Below, piece after piece: positions 9,541 through 18,352 of a stretch of DNA of 64,000 bases. The notes beneath the pieces are model-generated. The model was given only the letters and a program-made list of their open reading frames with translations. It searched no databases and had not been told where the DNA came from. The stretch lies in the IMG/VR virus record IMGVR_UViG_3300021495_000002, positions 1 to 64,000 of that record. The stretch is one strand, 5' to 3'. How positions within the stretch are numbered: the first letter of the stretch is position 1; each line of letters begins with the position of its first letter. A program made the translations under genes and the position numbers. The stretch comes from a virus.

Positions 9541-9801
9541 TTAGTGTGCTTTACATGGCTGGATGATCGAGGTGATTCGTGAATTACTCACGCCGACCCT
9601 ACAAAGATAAAATGACGTCTCTTTTTCACAGTATCCCTCTGCCACAATAAAACTTAGTTTTTTGTCTTCATTCATTAGAATTATATCTCCAGGTTCTAAG
9701 TACTGAAATTCACCTACTCTTGAATTATAATGAGTGAGTTTTCTATGTTCCTTTTTGCATAGAGGACACTTGTGAGGAATAGACAAAATTATAGTGCCCA
9801 T
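9541..9801 (-). CDS. Small protein with a CxxC pair
   Basis: 86 aa, contains HKCPLCKK; further Cys residues lie downstream. Confidence 0.45.
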   Translation of the reverse strand: MGTIILSIPHKCPLCKKEHRKLTHYNSRVGEFQYLEPGDIILMNEDKKLSFIVAEGYCEKETSFYLCRVGVSNSRITSIIQPCKAH

Positions 9802-9804
9802 TGT

Positions 9805-9954
9805 TTAGTACTTGTCTTTCTCATATACAACATAAATGATGTCTTCGTCTCCATGAGGAGTTACAAACATCGCTTTGACTGTAACTCCAGGTTGATTCAA
9901 TAGTTTTTCTACCTCAAACAAAAGATTACTTTTAAACCTTCTTATATGTTTCAT
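9805..9954 (-). CDS. Small hypothetical protein (49 aa)
   Basis: Own translation MKHIRRFKSNLLFEVEKLLNQPGVTVKAMFVTPHGDEDIIYVVYEKDKY. Confidence 0.35.
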   Translation of the reverse strand: MKHIRRFKSNLLFEVEKLLNQPGVTVKAMFVTPHGDEDIIYVVYEKDKY

Positions 9955-9964
9955 TTTCACACCT

Positions 9965-10123
9965 CTATATTTCAAACATCAAAATAGCCGTAATCGAAAG
10001 GACCGTAAATAAAAATGTTATAAAAGCTAAGGTGACCAATACCCGCTTGAATATAGCTATGACATCGTCGAGATATTCTCTTTCATTCTTCCAAATTACT
10101 TTCAATCGTTCCAACGTTTTCAT
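9965..10123 (-). CDS. Small membrane protein (52 aa)
   Basis: Own translation MKTLERLKVIWKNEREYLDDVIAIFKRVLVTLAFITFLFTVLSITAILMFEI. GGAGG 7 nt upstream of the ATG. One C-terminal TM helix. Confidence 0.5.
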   Translation of the reverse strand: MKTLERLKVIWKNEREYLDDVIAIFKRVLVTLAFITFLFTVLSITAILMFEI

Positions 10124-10174
10124 TTTAATATTCCTCCTTCAATATATTTTGTTTATCTTAGGAGTTAAGGAGTT

Positions 10175-10441
10175 TCATACTCTTTCTCCCAACATTAGGA
10201 GTAATCCTACTCCAAATTCCTTCAATTCTTCTAACGACTCGCTATTATGTTTTAAGATAGCTCCATTAAAATTCCAGATTTCCATCGTCTTCCACGATCT
10301 CCCGAAACGAGGAATGGTAGAAGCTTTATATAGGGAATGATTATACATCCAATACAGCTTACTGAAATCCTTCTCTGAGATAGACAACAAAAGACTTGCT
10401 CCTTTAGTAGAATAATTTCGAAAAAAGATTATAAGTTTCAA
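10175..10441 (-). CDS. Truncated member (88 aa) of the paralog-array family
   Basis: N terminus MKLIIFFRNY resembles MKLIPF/MRLIPFF of array members 1-2. C terminus GAILKHNSESLEELKEFGVGLLLML matches the family tail. TTG start with AGAGG upstream. Confidence 0.55.
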   Translation of the reverse strand: MKLIIFFRNYSTKGASLLLSISEKDFSKLYWMYNHSLYKASTIPRFGRSWKTMEIWNFNGAILKHNSESLEELKEFGVGLLLMLGERV

Positions 10442-10666
10442 TTTCCTCTATTTTTCCCATGATATAGTCGATCTTTTTCTTGAGCTTGACTTCGAAGACA
10501 ATATAGTAGGTATCGTTTTCGATAAAAGACACTAATTCTATTATTGACTTGATATATTTTTTTGGAAACTTGAACAAATGCCCGAATCTTACGATTGCAG
10601 TATTCTCTTCATTTTAGAAATCCCCACTACTTCAGCAGGAGTAGCTACCAGAAGCTCCTTCATTTC

Positions 10667-10918
10667 CTACGGCTCAATTTGTTCTGGTTCTCCCCATTCT
10701 GTTGCTGAAAATCCTTTCTCGCATTTTAGTCGTTTCAAAATAACCGTCACCATGTCTAAGAGTTGTTTTTCGCTTAAACAAGTATATTCTCGTCCAATGG
10801 TAAATTGGATACAGTGCCCGTATTTCCGTCCTCCCATGAAGGCTGTTAAGAGCAGGTCTTTACCACCTCTAAGATCTTTCTCATCAATTGATTCGTATAT
10901 CCTTATGTTTTTACTCAT
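10667..10918 (-). CDS. Hypothetical protein
   Basis: 83-aa ORF overlapping the end of the upstream gene by 8 nt. Confidence 0.5.
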   Translation of the reverse strand: MSKNIRIYESIDEKDLRGGKDLLLTAFMGGRKYGHCIQFTIGREYTCLSEKQLLDMVTVILKRLKCEKGFSATEWGEPEQIEP

Positions 10919-11138
10919 TTTTACATATCATCTTTCTTATTTCATCTAAGGATAGCTTGTTAAATTCGTCTTCACTCATGCCTTCTTTGTAGTGATAATA
11001 ATAAACCTCTGGGTATCTTTGATAAGCGGTCAACAAAACACTCTCTACAAAAGCTTTCTCTCCCTTCTTGATAGTGACACCACATGCTTCACACACGTGA
11101 TCCTTTCGTACTTTAACAACTCTAATTCGTCTGCTCAT
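10911..11138 (-). CDS. Small hypothetical protein with a CxxC pair
   Basis: 75 aa, contains HVCEACGVTIKKGEKA. Confidence 0.5.
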   Translation of the reverse strand: MSRRIRVVKVRKDHVCEACGVTIKKGEKAFVESVLLTAYQRYPEVYYYHYKEGMSEDEFNKLSLDEIRKMICKNE

Positions 11139-11166
11139 CTTTTTGCCACCTCCATTTATTTAGGAT

Positions 11167-11496
11167 TTATCTTCTTCTTTTTCCAAAGTTTGTAAATGGT
11201 GATGATACAATCGTTTTCATTGTTTCATCATCATTTCCATTGTAAGCTTTTATGAACTCTCGTTCTGCCGTTGCGTCTATCTTCCTCTGATGTGTTTCGC
11301 ATGGATTCCGTCCTTTTTCACACAACTCTTGGAACTCCTCCAAGGACAATTTACACTTTCTCTCCTTTGAGTCCCAAAATCTACATTCAATCGGGAAATC
11401 ACAACTCATTTTATATGTCCTCCTCAATCTTTGTTGAACTGATCTTGGAACACCAAAAATTTTGCCATGATTTGCACATATTTCATTCCTACGCAA
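11167..11496 (-). CDS. Cys-rich hypothetical protein
   Basis: 109 aa with 7 Cys residues (CANHG, CDFPIECRFW, CKLS, CEKGRNPCETH). Confidence 0.5.
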   Translation of the reverse strand: MRRNEICANHGKIFGVPRSVQQRLRRTYKMSCDFPIECRFWDSKERKCKLSLEEFQELCEKGRNPCETHQRKIDATAEREFIKAYNGNDDETMKTIVSSPFTNFGKRRR

Positions 11497-11572
11497 ATTT
11501 TTTCTTTAGTTCCAATATTTTCTATGAATTGGAACTTAAATTTTGTTATATCGCATTTATGTTGATCTGACA

Positions 11573-12052
11573 TTACATGAGGGAATCATAATCTGCTGGA
11601 GAGAGAAGACTCAACATCCCAACGCCTGTTTCGATGAGTTCCTCTTTCTTTTCGCCATCAGAAACCAAAATCACTCCTACAGTGAGAGGACTAATGCGCA
11701 TTTCTCCTTTCATTCCTCCTAAATAATAATTGGTAAGACAGGATAGATAAACGTACAATTTATAATCATAAGAGGTGACAAACTCAATCTCTTTGTTTAC
11801 ATGAACACGTATTTCTTGCAGATTAAGGGAAACTATTTCTTTCTCCAAATTGAGAAGCAAGAGGATATTCTCATTCCTTATGCTAAATCTTGAAGGAAAG
11901 GACTTGGTTTTTGGAGAAGAATACAGAGTATAGATTTTAGCTAAGAACTTCTCTGAGCGAGGAAGAGTAAGTCTGTTTAAAATTACCAATTTAGTACTGT
12001 CTTTCTCAAAGAAGAATTTAAGAGAATCCGAAACAAAGGGGATTAGTTTCAT
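11573..12052 (-). CDS. Paralog-array protein 1 (unknown family)
   Basis: 159 aa. MKLIPFVSDSLKFFF N terminus, as in member 2. Tail LTVGVILVSDGEKKEELIETGVGMLSLL. Confidence 0.7.
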   Translation of the reverse strand: MKLIPFVSDSLKFFFEKDSTKLVILNRLTLPRSEKFLAKIYTLYSSPKTKSFPSRFSIRNENILLLLNLEKEIVSLNLQEIRVHVNKEIEFVTSYDYKLYVYLSCLTNYYLGGMKGEMRISPLTVGVILVSDGEKKEELIETGVGMLSLLSPADYDSLM

Positions 12053-12053
12053 T

Positions 12054-12551
12054 TTACATATACTTTTGAAGAATTTCGTCAGGTGAATAAATGCTCAGCA
12101 TTCCGGTACCAACTTCGATGATCTCTTCTTCATTTTCATCCTCATCATAAAAGACGACCATTCCTGTTAGAGGAGGACTGATATGCAATTCCCCATTCCC
12201 CGCCTTATATAATTTATTATTATTAGTTATATTTATTATATTATTATATATTTTATTATTATACGTACTGTGTAGGACAAACTTTATTCTTTTTAAGGCA
12301 CATATCTTGGATACAGGAATAGAGACAATTGAGTAGTCTTTATTAAGAATCAACATGATCTTCTTATCCTCAATACAAAACGTTAAAGGAAGAGAGACAT
12401 TATTGATAGTCAACTTTCTTCTATAATAATAAACCCTTCCTAAAAATCTAAAGGAGTAAGGAAGATAGGTTTTATCGACAATCTCCAGTGAAGGACTATC
12501 TCTTGCAAAGAAGAACCTAAGTGATCTCGAAAAGAACGGTATTAATCTCAT
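12054..12551 (-). CDS. Paralog-array protein 2
   Basis: 165 aa. MRLIPFFSRSLRFFF; tail LTGMVVFYDEDENEEEIIEVGTGMLSIY. Contains an Asn/Ile low-complexity insert. Confidence 0.7.
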   Translation of the reverse strand: MRLIPFFSRSLRFFFARDSPSLEIVDKTYLPYSFRFLGRVYYYRRKLTINNVSLPLTFCIEDKKIMLILNKDYSIVSIPVSKICALKRIKFVLHSTYNNKIYNNIINITNNNKLYKAGNGELHISPPLTGMVVFYDEDENEEEIIEVGTGMLSIYSPDEILQKYM

Positions 12552-12615
12552 TTATTTGTTCTCCATCACAAACTCGTGCACCTTTCGTCTTATCTCCTTC
12601 CAACTTTCTCCAGAT

Positions 12616-13134
12616 CTATTCATCTCTTCCTGAAAGAGTCAAGTATGAAACTGCTAATTCATACACTTCTCTTTCATTCTTTATCTCACTACTCGAATAG
12701 ACCAATATCAATCCTTTTAGAGGATAAGTTTGTGTGAAGTCATAAAGGTACGGATATTTCCAATTTTCAAACGGGGAAAGGGTTAGTATTAAATAACGAG
12801 TGATATCAACGTAGCTTGGAGGAAAATTGTTATGCGCAGAAGTCGAATGAGGATTGACAACATAATAAACGTTCTCTGGAAATCCTTTTAGTGATGATGA
12901 ATATTCTGCATTAACAACGTTTCTAAACTCAAAGCTATGAAGATGAAATGGCACATATCTTCCTTTCAAGATGAAGATACACGCAGCTCGTTTATCTTTA
13001 TCGATTAAACCAATTGGCAGTTCGGGATCGGACTGATCCAATTCAAACTTAAATTGAAGACGCTGGGATGAAAAATCGAGGGATATATCGGTAGTAATCT
13101 CTTTCAATACGCCATTAATTTTATAGGCTTCCAT
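12616..13134 (-). CDS. Paralog-array protein 3
   Basis: 172 aa. Tail LKGLILVYSSSEIKNEREVYELAVSYLTL. Confidence 0.65.
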   Translation of the reverse strand: MEAYKINGVLKEITTDISLDFSSQRLQFKFELDQSDPELPIGLIDKDKRAACIFILKGRYVPFHLHSFEFRNVVNAEYSSSLKGFPENVYYVVNPHSTSAHNNFPPSYVDITRYLILTLSPFENWKYPYLYDFTQTYPLKGLILVYSSSEIKNEREVYELAVSYLTLSGRDE

Positions 13135-13138
13135 TGTA

Positions 13139-13591
13139 TTACCTCACAATGGTTAAATAGGCTATTCCTAAGTTGATCAGATCCTCTTCAATCTCTTCTT
13201 CACAACTCAAAACTATTCCTTCGAATCCCCATAGCGAGAAAAGTCCTTTGATTTCAAGATCTTTATAGTTTAGAGGGGATCTGATCACTAATTCTTCTAT
13301 CAATCTACTATACTCTTCAAATTGTTTCTTTTGGAGTGGTGAAAATTCGATCCAGATGCTATACGGAAAGTGTGCAATTCCATTATGTTTGAAGCGTATA
13401 GAAGTTATTTTTCCTATTAATACTTTTTCGTTTGATAATGTAAATATTAGATAAGAGGGGACGGGTTGAGAAAGCATGTCTCTTAATTGTCTAAGGAAAG
13501 CTCTTGACACACTCCAATTTATCGAGAACGTTTGTTTTGAATCATCCTTTCTCACTAAGACTCTAAATTCTGAAATTCGTAGAATATTCAT
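13139..13591 (-). CDS. Paralog-array protein 4
   Basis: 150 aa. Tail FEGIVLSCEEEIEEDLINLGIAYLTIVR. Confidence 0.7.
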   Translation of the reverse strand: MNILRISEFRVLVRKDDSKQTFSINWSVSRAFLRQLRDMLSQPVPSYLIFTLSNEKVLIGKITSIRFKHNGIAHFPYSIWIEFSPLQKKQFEEYSRLIEELVIRSPLNYKDLEIKGLFSLWGFEGIVLSCEEEIEEDLINLGIAYLTIVR

Positions 13592-14094
13592 ATTAAGACT
13601 CCTCCATCAAGAAATAGATAAGCTGATCCGATTTCTTTTATCTCGTTAGGATTTGCTTTTTTGTGAGACTTTAAAACTAATCCACATACGTGCCAAAACT
13701 GTTGCTTATTAAGAATGTTCTCCATTTCCGTATAGTCTATGACGTCTAACATAGAACACTTTAGGTTTATTAAGTAATACTCTTTTGATGATACTCTTGT
13801 CCATACATCTTCAAGACGGCACAAATAGAAACTGTGTGTAGAAGGTACCGCGAAGGGATGTATTAAAGAAAATAGAAAATAATGAAGGTATTTCTTGTTA
13901 TTGAGATCACTACTTATATCTAAGAGAGTTTCAAATTCACTCTTAGAGAGGATTGGTACATCAAAAGAAATTTCTTGTTTCCAAAACTTTCCTGTTTCTA
14001 CTAAAGCACTCCAGCCTTTCTTTGTTCGAAACTCGAAGACTACTTCTATTTTCCCCCTTTCTTTTTCTTTTTCTTTCTTAAAAATGTTAAACAT
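13588..14094 (-). CDS. Paralog-array protein 5
   Basis: 168 aa. Tail VCGLVLKSHKKANPNEIKEIGSAYLFL. 4-nt overlap with member 4. Confidence 0.7.
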   Translation of the reverse strand: MFNIFKKEKEKERGKIEVVFEFRTKKGWSALVETGKFWKQEISFDVPILSKSEFETLLDISSDLNNKKYLHYFLFSLIHPFAVPSTHSFYLCRLEDVWTRVSSKEYYLINLKCSMLDVIDYTEMENILNKQQFWHVCGLVLKSHKKANPNEIKEIGSAYLFLDGGVLI

Positions 14095-14106
14095 ACTAAT
14101 TGAGAG

Positions 14107-14718
14107 TTATTCAAGATTTTCTTTGAGTCTTTTAAGCACAATTTGTTTTCCTAATCTTCGAGCATACACATAGAGTTCTGAAGTCTTTACTTTCTCATCT
14201 TGTAATCCCTCTTTTATACACTCTAAGCCTCCGCAATACTGGGGTTTATCAAGGCAATCAATTAGAGTCTTTTCTCGATTGGTAATCCATATTCTCGTTT
14301 CGTTTATGAAGCCACTCTGTAAGCCAAACATTTCATTTGTGTGAATAATCCAAAAATCTAATCCAAGTAGCTTGAGTTTCTTGCCCCTCTTCGGGGTTTG
14401 AATGAATACTGTATTCGGGATTTGACTGGTTAGACCCCAATAGCTCAGAGCGCTCCAATAAGCTATCGCATAAGGCTGAACAATCGAAGACGCTAAAATG
14501 TATTCATGTTCAGTATACTTCCCTTTCTCTGCACCCAAAGGAATTATCATGTACTTACCTCTATAAATTCGTTCTATCCATCCTGCTTTCTCAAGCTCTT
14601 GAAGGAACCTCACTATTTTCTTTCTGTTTCTCGACTCATCAAGTTCGACTGCATCTTCGATCGAAAAGACGGTTTTGTTACTTCTGACTAATTCATCTAA
14701 TAATTTAATTCTTTTCAT
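14107..14718 (-). CDS. AbiEi-family (COG5340-like) antitoxin / wHTH transcriptional regulator
   Basis: N-terminal wHTH FSIEDAVEL...IVRFLQELEKAGWIERIYRGKYMIIP. Then YAIAYWSALSYWGLTSQIPNTVFIQT, WITNREKTLIDCLDKPQYCGG and YARRLGKQIVLKRL, which follow the AbiEi domain pattern. Confidence 0.7.
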   Translation of the reverse strand: MKRIKLLDELVRSNKTVFSIEDAVELDESRNRKKIVRFLQELEKAGWIERIYRGKYMIIPLGAEKGKYTEHEYILASSIVQPYAIAYWSALSYWGLTSQIPNTVFIQTPKRGKKLKLLGLDFWIIHTNEMFGLQSGFINETRIWITNREKTLIDCLDKPQYCGGLECIKEGLQDEKVKTSELYVYARRLGKQIVLKRLKENLE

Positions 14719-15124
14719 TTAAAACTAAATAGGTGTATCCCAAACTCTTAGCGTCTTCGGGGTTGGTCCCTTGGAGGATTATTCCGTGTACTGTTTCCCA
14801 TAGTATTCCTTCCCATAGACCAAGGAGTCTTTCCATTATTTTATATTCGTTTTGGTTTAAAATAGTTCCTTCCAAGTCTGCTGTGAGTAGTGTTTTCTTC
14901 CTCCTTACTATGTGAATATCATCCAAGTGACAAATAAAAAGGTGAACATCTCCTCTTCTTATGTTAAATATGAGATAGTAAATAGATTTTTTAAGTTTTC
15001 TTTTTATCTTCCAGAGTAAATCTCTTTCTGTTTGGCTTATTACGATAGTTATTGCTACTCCCCGAATTTTATTTCTGTTTAAGCCTACTTCCCCATCGAA
15101 TCTTACGAACTCAAATTCGATCAT
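14705..15124 (-). CDS. Paralog-array protein 6
   Basis: 139 aa. Tail VHGIILQGTNPEDAKSLGYTYLVL. Overlaps the AbiEi-like gene by 14 nt. Confidence 0.7.
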   Translation of the reverse strand: MIEFEFVRFDGEVGLNRNKIRGVAITIVISQTERDLLWKIKRKLKKSIYYLIFNIRRGDVHLFICHLDDIHIVRRKKTLLTADLEGTILNQNEYKIMERLLGLWEGILWETVHGIILQGTNPEDAKSLGYTYLVLNEKN

Positions 15125-15672
15125 ATCTTGTTATCCTCATTTAGGAGTAGATAAGCACACCCCAAATTTTTAATGTCTTCAAGGTTATCTTCTTCTGTCT
15201 TAAGTAGCAATCCTTTCAGGTCCCACGCTTCAACCTTCCATTCTCTTCTGTGATTCCGAGAAGTTTCGGCTATACCAAACGCTGACTGCGACATCGTAGC
15301 AGCCATCACCTCTTCCATGTAATTGCAACCTGAAAAGTAAATCGAACGCATTGATTTAGTCAGGTCCTCATGTTCTTTTTCTTCCATCTCAAGTGTTAAC
15401 TCGATGATTGCTAATGGATCCAATACGGAAGATCTTGGTTGAGATAATATTTCTCCCCTTATCAATCTTCCAACGAAACAGGCATTGTTAAAAAGAAAGA
15501 TCAAGTGGTAAGTATCGACACCAGACGTAATTTCATTTATTACGTTCATTGTATTACACAGAAATTTGCTGTTGTACTTGTGAATAAAAAATGACACATT
15601 AAGATAGCTCGTCTTCTCTTTTATGTATGATTTTAGTAACGTCCTCCAAGAGGATATAAATAAAGAGTTCAT
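15121..15672 (-). CDS. Paralog-array protein 7
   Basis: 183 aa. Tail LKGLLLKTEEDNLEDIKNLGCAYLLL. 4-nt overlap with member 6. Confidence 0.7.
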   Translation of the reverse strand: MNSLFISSWRTLLKSYIKEKTSYLNVSFFIHKYNSKFLCNTMNVINEITSGVDTYHLIFLFNNACFVGRLIRGEILSQPRSSVLDPLAIIELTLEMEEKEHEDLTKSMRSIYFSGCNYMEEVMAATMSQSAFGIAETSRNHRREWKVEAWDLKGLLLKTEEDNLEDIKNLGCAYLLLNEDNKI

Positions 15673-15713
15673 TTTTCAAGCCCTTTCCCAGTAATGTGTA
15701 TCAATTATCTCAT

Positions 15714-16256
15714 TCATTTCAGGTAAGTAATATAGCCCATCATGAGTCTTTTAATGTCTTCTAACGTTTCATCCTCCTTTTTCTTGATGACTATGCCCAT
15801 GAATGAGAACGTGTTCGATCGCATCCATCCTTTCTGAATTCTTCGTGTGATTGAATCCCACCACTTTCCCATTGCAGTAGCTTCAGAGGAAAAGAAATAT
15901 GAAGAGGCGGTAAATTTGAACATTGCAAGTAATCTCATAAATTTGTCTCGGTCACAAGACACGAGGAACAATCTTATAATAGCATCGTCCTCGTCAGGAT
16001 ATACTTTACACATTTGAAGAGAAGAACTTAGTATTTGAAAGAGTAAGATATGATTTTTAAATCCGTCTGAGATTTCAAGACATAAATACGCATCTGCTGA
16101 AGATTTACTGAGACCTTTAATTTTTTTTATTGTTTCTGGATCAAAAGTCGGGAATGTCAATTCAACATAATTCGGGACACGCTTATCAACGAGGAACACT
16201 GCCGTGGCTGTCTTTATGAGAATTATATCATTGTTTATTGACTCAATCGTTTTCAT
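15714..16256 (-). CDS. Paralog-array protein 8
   Basis: 180 aa. GKWWDSITRRIQKGWMRSNTFSFMGIVIKKKEDETLEDIKRLMMGYITY, closely parallel to member 9. Confidence 0.7.
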   Translation of the reverse strand: MKTIESINNDIILIKTATAVFLVDKRVPNYVELTFPTFDPETIKKIKGLSKSSADAYLCLEISDGFKNHILLFQILSSSLQMCKVYPDEDDAIIRLFLVSCDRDKFMRLLAMFKFTASSYFFSSEATAMGKWWDSITRRIQKGWMRSNTFSFMGIVIKKKEDETLEDIKRLMMGYITYLK

Positions 16257-16786
16257 AAGCAGGTGAGGTATCCTAATCCTAATCTTCTTAAGTCCTCTAA
16301 AGTTTCACTTTGTTTCCTTCTAATGATTACCGCTTCAAAAGGAAAAATGCTCGATCTCACCCATCCTTTTTTAATCTTATATGATATCAATTCCCACCAC
16401 TTGCCGGTGGAAGTCACTGGTGAGAATAAAGGACTTGAGATAGAAAAGGGGAAACTCTTAATCAATTTAGTGAAATCACTGTCATCAAGTGGACTAAGAT
16501 AAAATCTGACTATGGAATCATCCGTATTGGGATTTATTTCTAAGGGTTGAAGAGTAAAATCTTCTATTTTAAAGAGAAAGTTTAATTTATCACCTCTCGG
16601 ATCTTGAAATGCAGAACTCAAATACAAATCTGAGAAGTTTGAGACACTAAGCAAATTTCTTAATTGGTGAATAGTATTTGGATCATTGCACGGAAAACTC
16701 AGATCTATATAGTCCCTAAAGTGTTCATTGACAAGGAAAAGTGCAACAGAGTTACTCATCTGAATCACGTCCATTTCCTTTGGCAT
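16253..16786 (-). CDS. Paralog-array protein 9
   Basis: 177 aa. GKWWELISYKIKKGWVRSSIFPFEAVIIRRKQSETLEDLRRLGLGYLTC. Confidence 0.7.
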   Translation of the reverse strand: MPKEMDVIQMSNSVALFLVNEHFRDYIDLSFPCNDPNTIHQLRNLLSVSNFSDLYLSSAFQDPRGDKLNFLFKIEDFTLQPLEINPNTDDSIVRFYLSPLDDSDFTKLIKSFPFSISSPLFSPVTSTGKWWELISYKIKKGWVRSSIFPFEAVIIRRKQSETLEDLRRLGLGYLTCL

Positions 16787-16831
16787 CGTTTCAGTTTTTT
16801 TTCTTTTTAAATACGTGACGGTGAAATTACA

Positions 16832-18070
16832 TTATTCTTCTCTTCCTCTTCCCCCATCGTAAAACACTACTCTTCCAAACGGAAGTTTCTGATGTCTGTC
16901 TCTAAGACTGTCCGGAACCAGCCAAATCACTGGAAAATTTGGCACGCTATTTGGAGACGTGCCATACGTGTCCGTAATGTATATCAAGCCCCTAAGCTCT
17001 GGATATTTTTCAATTTCTTTAAAGACTGGTCTGAAGTCCGTGCCCCCTCCTCCTTTCCACTCAATCTCATCGAGTTCTTCGGGACTGTGTATCCAGTGTT
17101 TTACCTGAACCTTAGCATCACATTGAAGCAGTAATACATTCAGGTCCCCCTTGAAATATGAGAACAGGAACTGCATACCTGCCTTGAATTCAGAAAGTAG
17201 TTCAGTATCTATTGAGCCACTTGTATCAATGGCTACACATATCTGAAGTCTGTTCCTTCCTTTGATTTGGGGATATAGCAACGGCGGATATCGCCTTTTG
17301 TGTAATCTTTTCCAATTCCGTTTACTATAACTTCTTTCAAGTACAAAAGAAGATATAATTTCACTGATTGGAAGAGGAGGATGAAGTATGTTTAACACTT
17401 CTCTTTTTAAAGAGGCTGGTAACGTACCCTGCATGAAAGAACGTAGAAGGGACTGTCTTATCGTCCGTCCTAATGCGTCATTCTCCTTGCTGTGTTTCCA
17501 TATTTTGTGACCTTGAAGACGCTTTTTCCCTTCAGTATTTTTGCCCCTGCTATTTTCTTCCCCTTGTCCACTTTTAGGTTCTGATTGTCCTCCACTTGCA
17601 GACTGTCCACACTGGGATTGTTCTCCAATACCTTGAAAATTCTTCATGAGTTCTCTATACACTTGCTCAAACGTCTTGCTTGTATATTTTTCATCGAATA
17701 GAAAAGAAGACGGCAAATATCCAAACTCCTCTTTAATTATAGCGTTGGTAACATAATCCGCTGCCATATTTGCTATTTCCCATTCTACGTCATTGGTTGC
17801 AATCCTTAGTCTTAAATCCCATATATGAGATAGAAGTATGTGAAGATACTCATGGGCTAAGTCAAATGTGAGATCACTTGGAGAAATTCTATCAAGATAA
17901 TCTTCGTTCAAGTAGAAGGTCTTTCCATCAGTGGCTGCTACTTCAATTGGCACTCCTTTAAATTCTTTGCCTATCTCCACTGGCACGGTGAGCACTCCAG
18001 ACCAAAATGGCTTCTTCTGTAAGAACATGAATTTTGCTCGTCTTATCTTCTTGAGACGGTTTTCGTTCAT
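16832..18070 (-). CDS. Predicted metallopeptidase (DUF2201-like) fused to a von Willebrand A domain
   Basis: HExxH (DLAHEYLHILLSH) in the N-terminal half. MIDAS motif ICVAIDTSGSID in the C-terminal half. G/S/Q-rich linker between the halves. Confidence 0.75.
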   Translation of the reverse strand: MNENRLKKIRRAKFMFLQKKPFWSGVLTVPVEIGKEFKGVPIEVAATDGKTFYLNEDYLDRISPSDLTFDLAHEYLHILLSHIWDLRLRIATNDVEWEIANMAADYVTNAIIKEEFGYLPSSFLFDEKYTSKTFEQVYRELMKNFQGIGEQSQCGQSASGGQSEPKSGQGEENSRGKNTEGKKRLQGHKIWKHSKENDALGRTIRQSLLRSFMQGTLPASLKREVLNILHPPLPISEIISSFVLERSYSKRNWKRLHKRRYPPLLYPQIKGRNRLQICVAIDTSGSIDTELLSEFKAGMQFLFSYFKGDLNVLLLQCDAKVQVKHWIHSPEELDEIEWKGGGGTDFRPVFKEIEKYPELRGLIYITDTYGTSPNSVPNFPVIWLVPDSLRDRHQKLPFGRVVFYDGGRGREE

Positions 18071-18079
18071 TTTATTCTC

Positions 18080-18349
18080 TCACTCCATATAATCATCGTA
18101 AATGGTTATTGTGTAACGAGCCTCTTTTTGTTTCCAGTGTTGCACCTTCTTGACAAGAGATTGTATATATTTCTTTTTAAACTTTTCCTCATCTCTTTCG
18201 TATTCTTCGAGATAATCGTTCTTGCCTATAATTACTGGACAATCATGTTTATTGATTAAATCTAATATTTCGTTTAGATCCTCAAAAGACTCTACGCTCG
18301 TATTACTCAAGTCGCTTGCACTTCGGATTACAAAATTCATTTTCTTCAT
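18080..18349 (-). CDS. Hypothetical protein
   Basis: 89 aa. N terminus MKKMNFVIRSASD resembles the N terminus of the next small ORF. Confidence 0.5.
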   Translation of the reverse strand: MKKMNFVIRSASDLSNTSVESFEDLNEILDLINKHDCPVIIGKNDYLEEYERDEEKFKKKYIQSLVKKVQHWKQKEARYTITIYDDYME

Positions 18350-18352
18350 TTT

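Noticed and set aside
12207-12265. 59-nt stretch of pure A/T inside array gene 2
   Set aside because: It reads in frame as an Asn/Ile/Lys/Tyr low-complexity insert (YNNKIYNNIINITNNNKLYK) relative to paralog 1. It is probably slippage-derived coding sequence in an AT-rich genome rather than a discrete DNA element.
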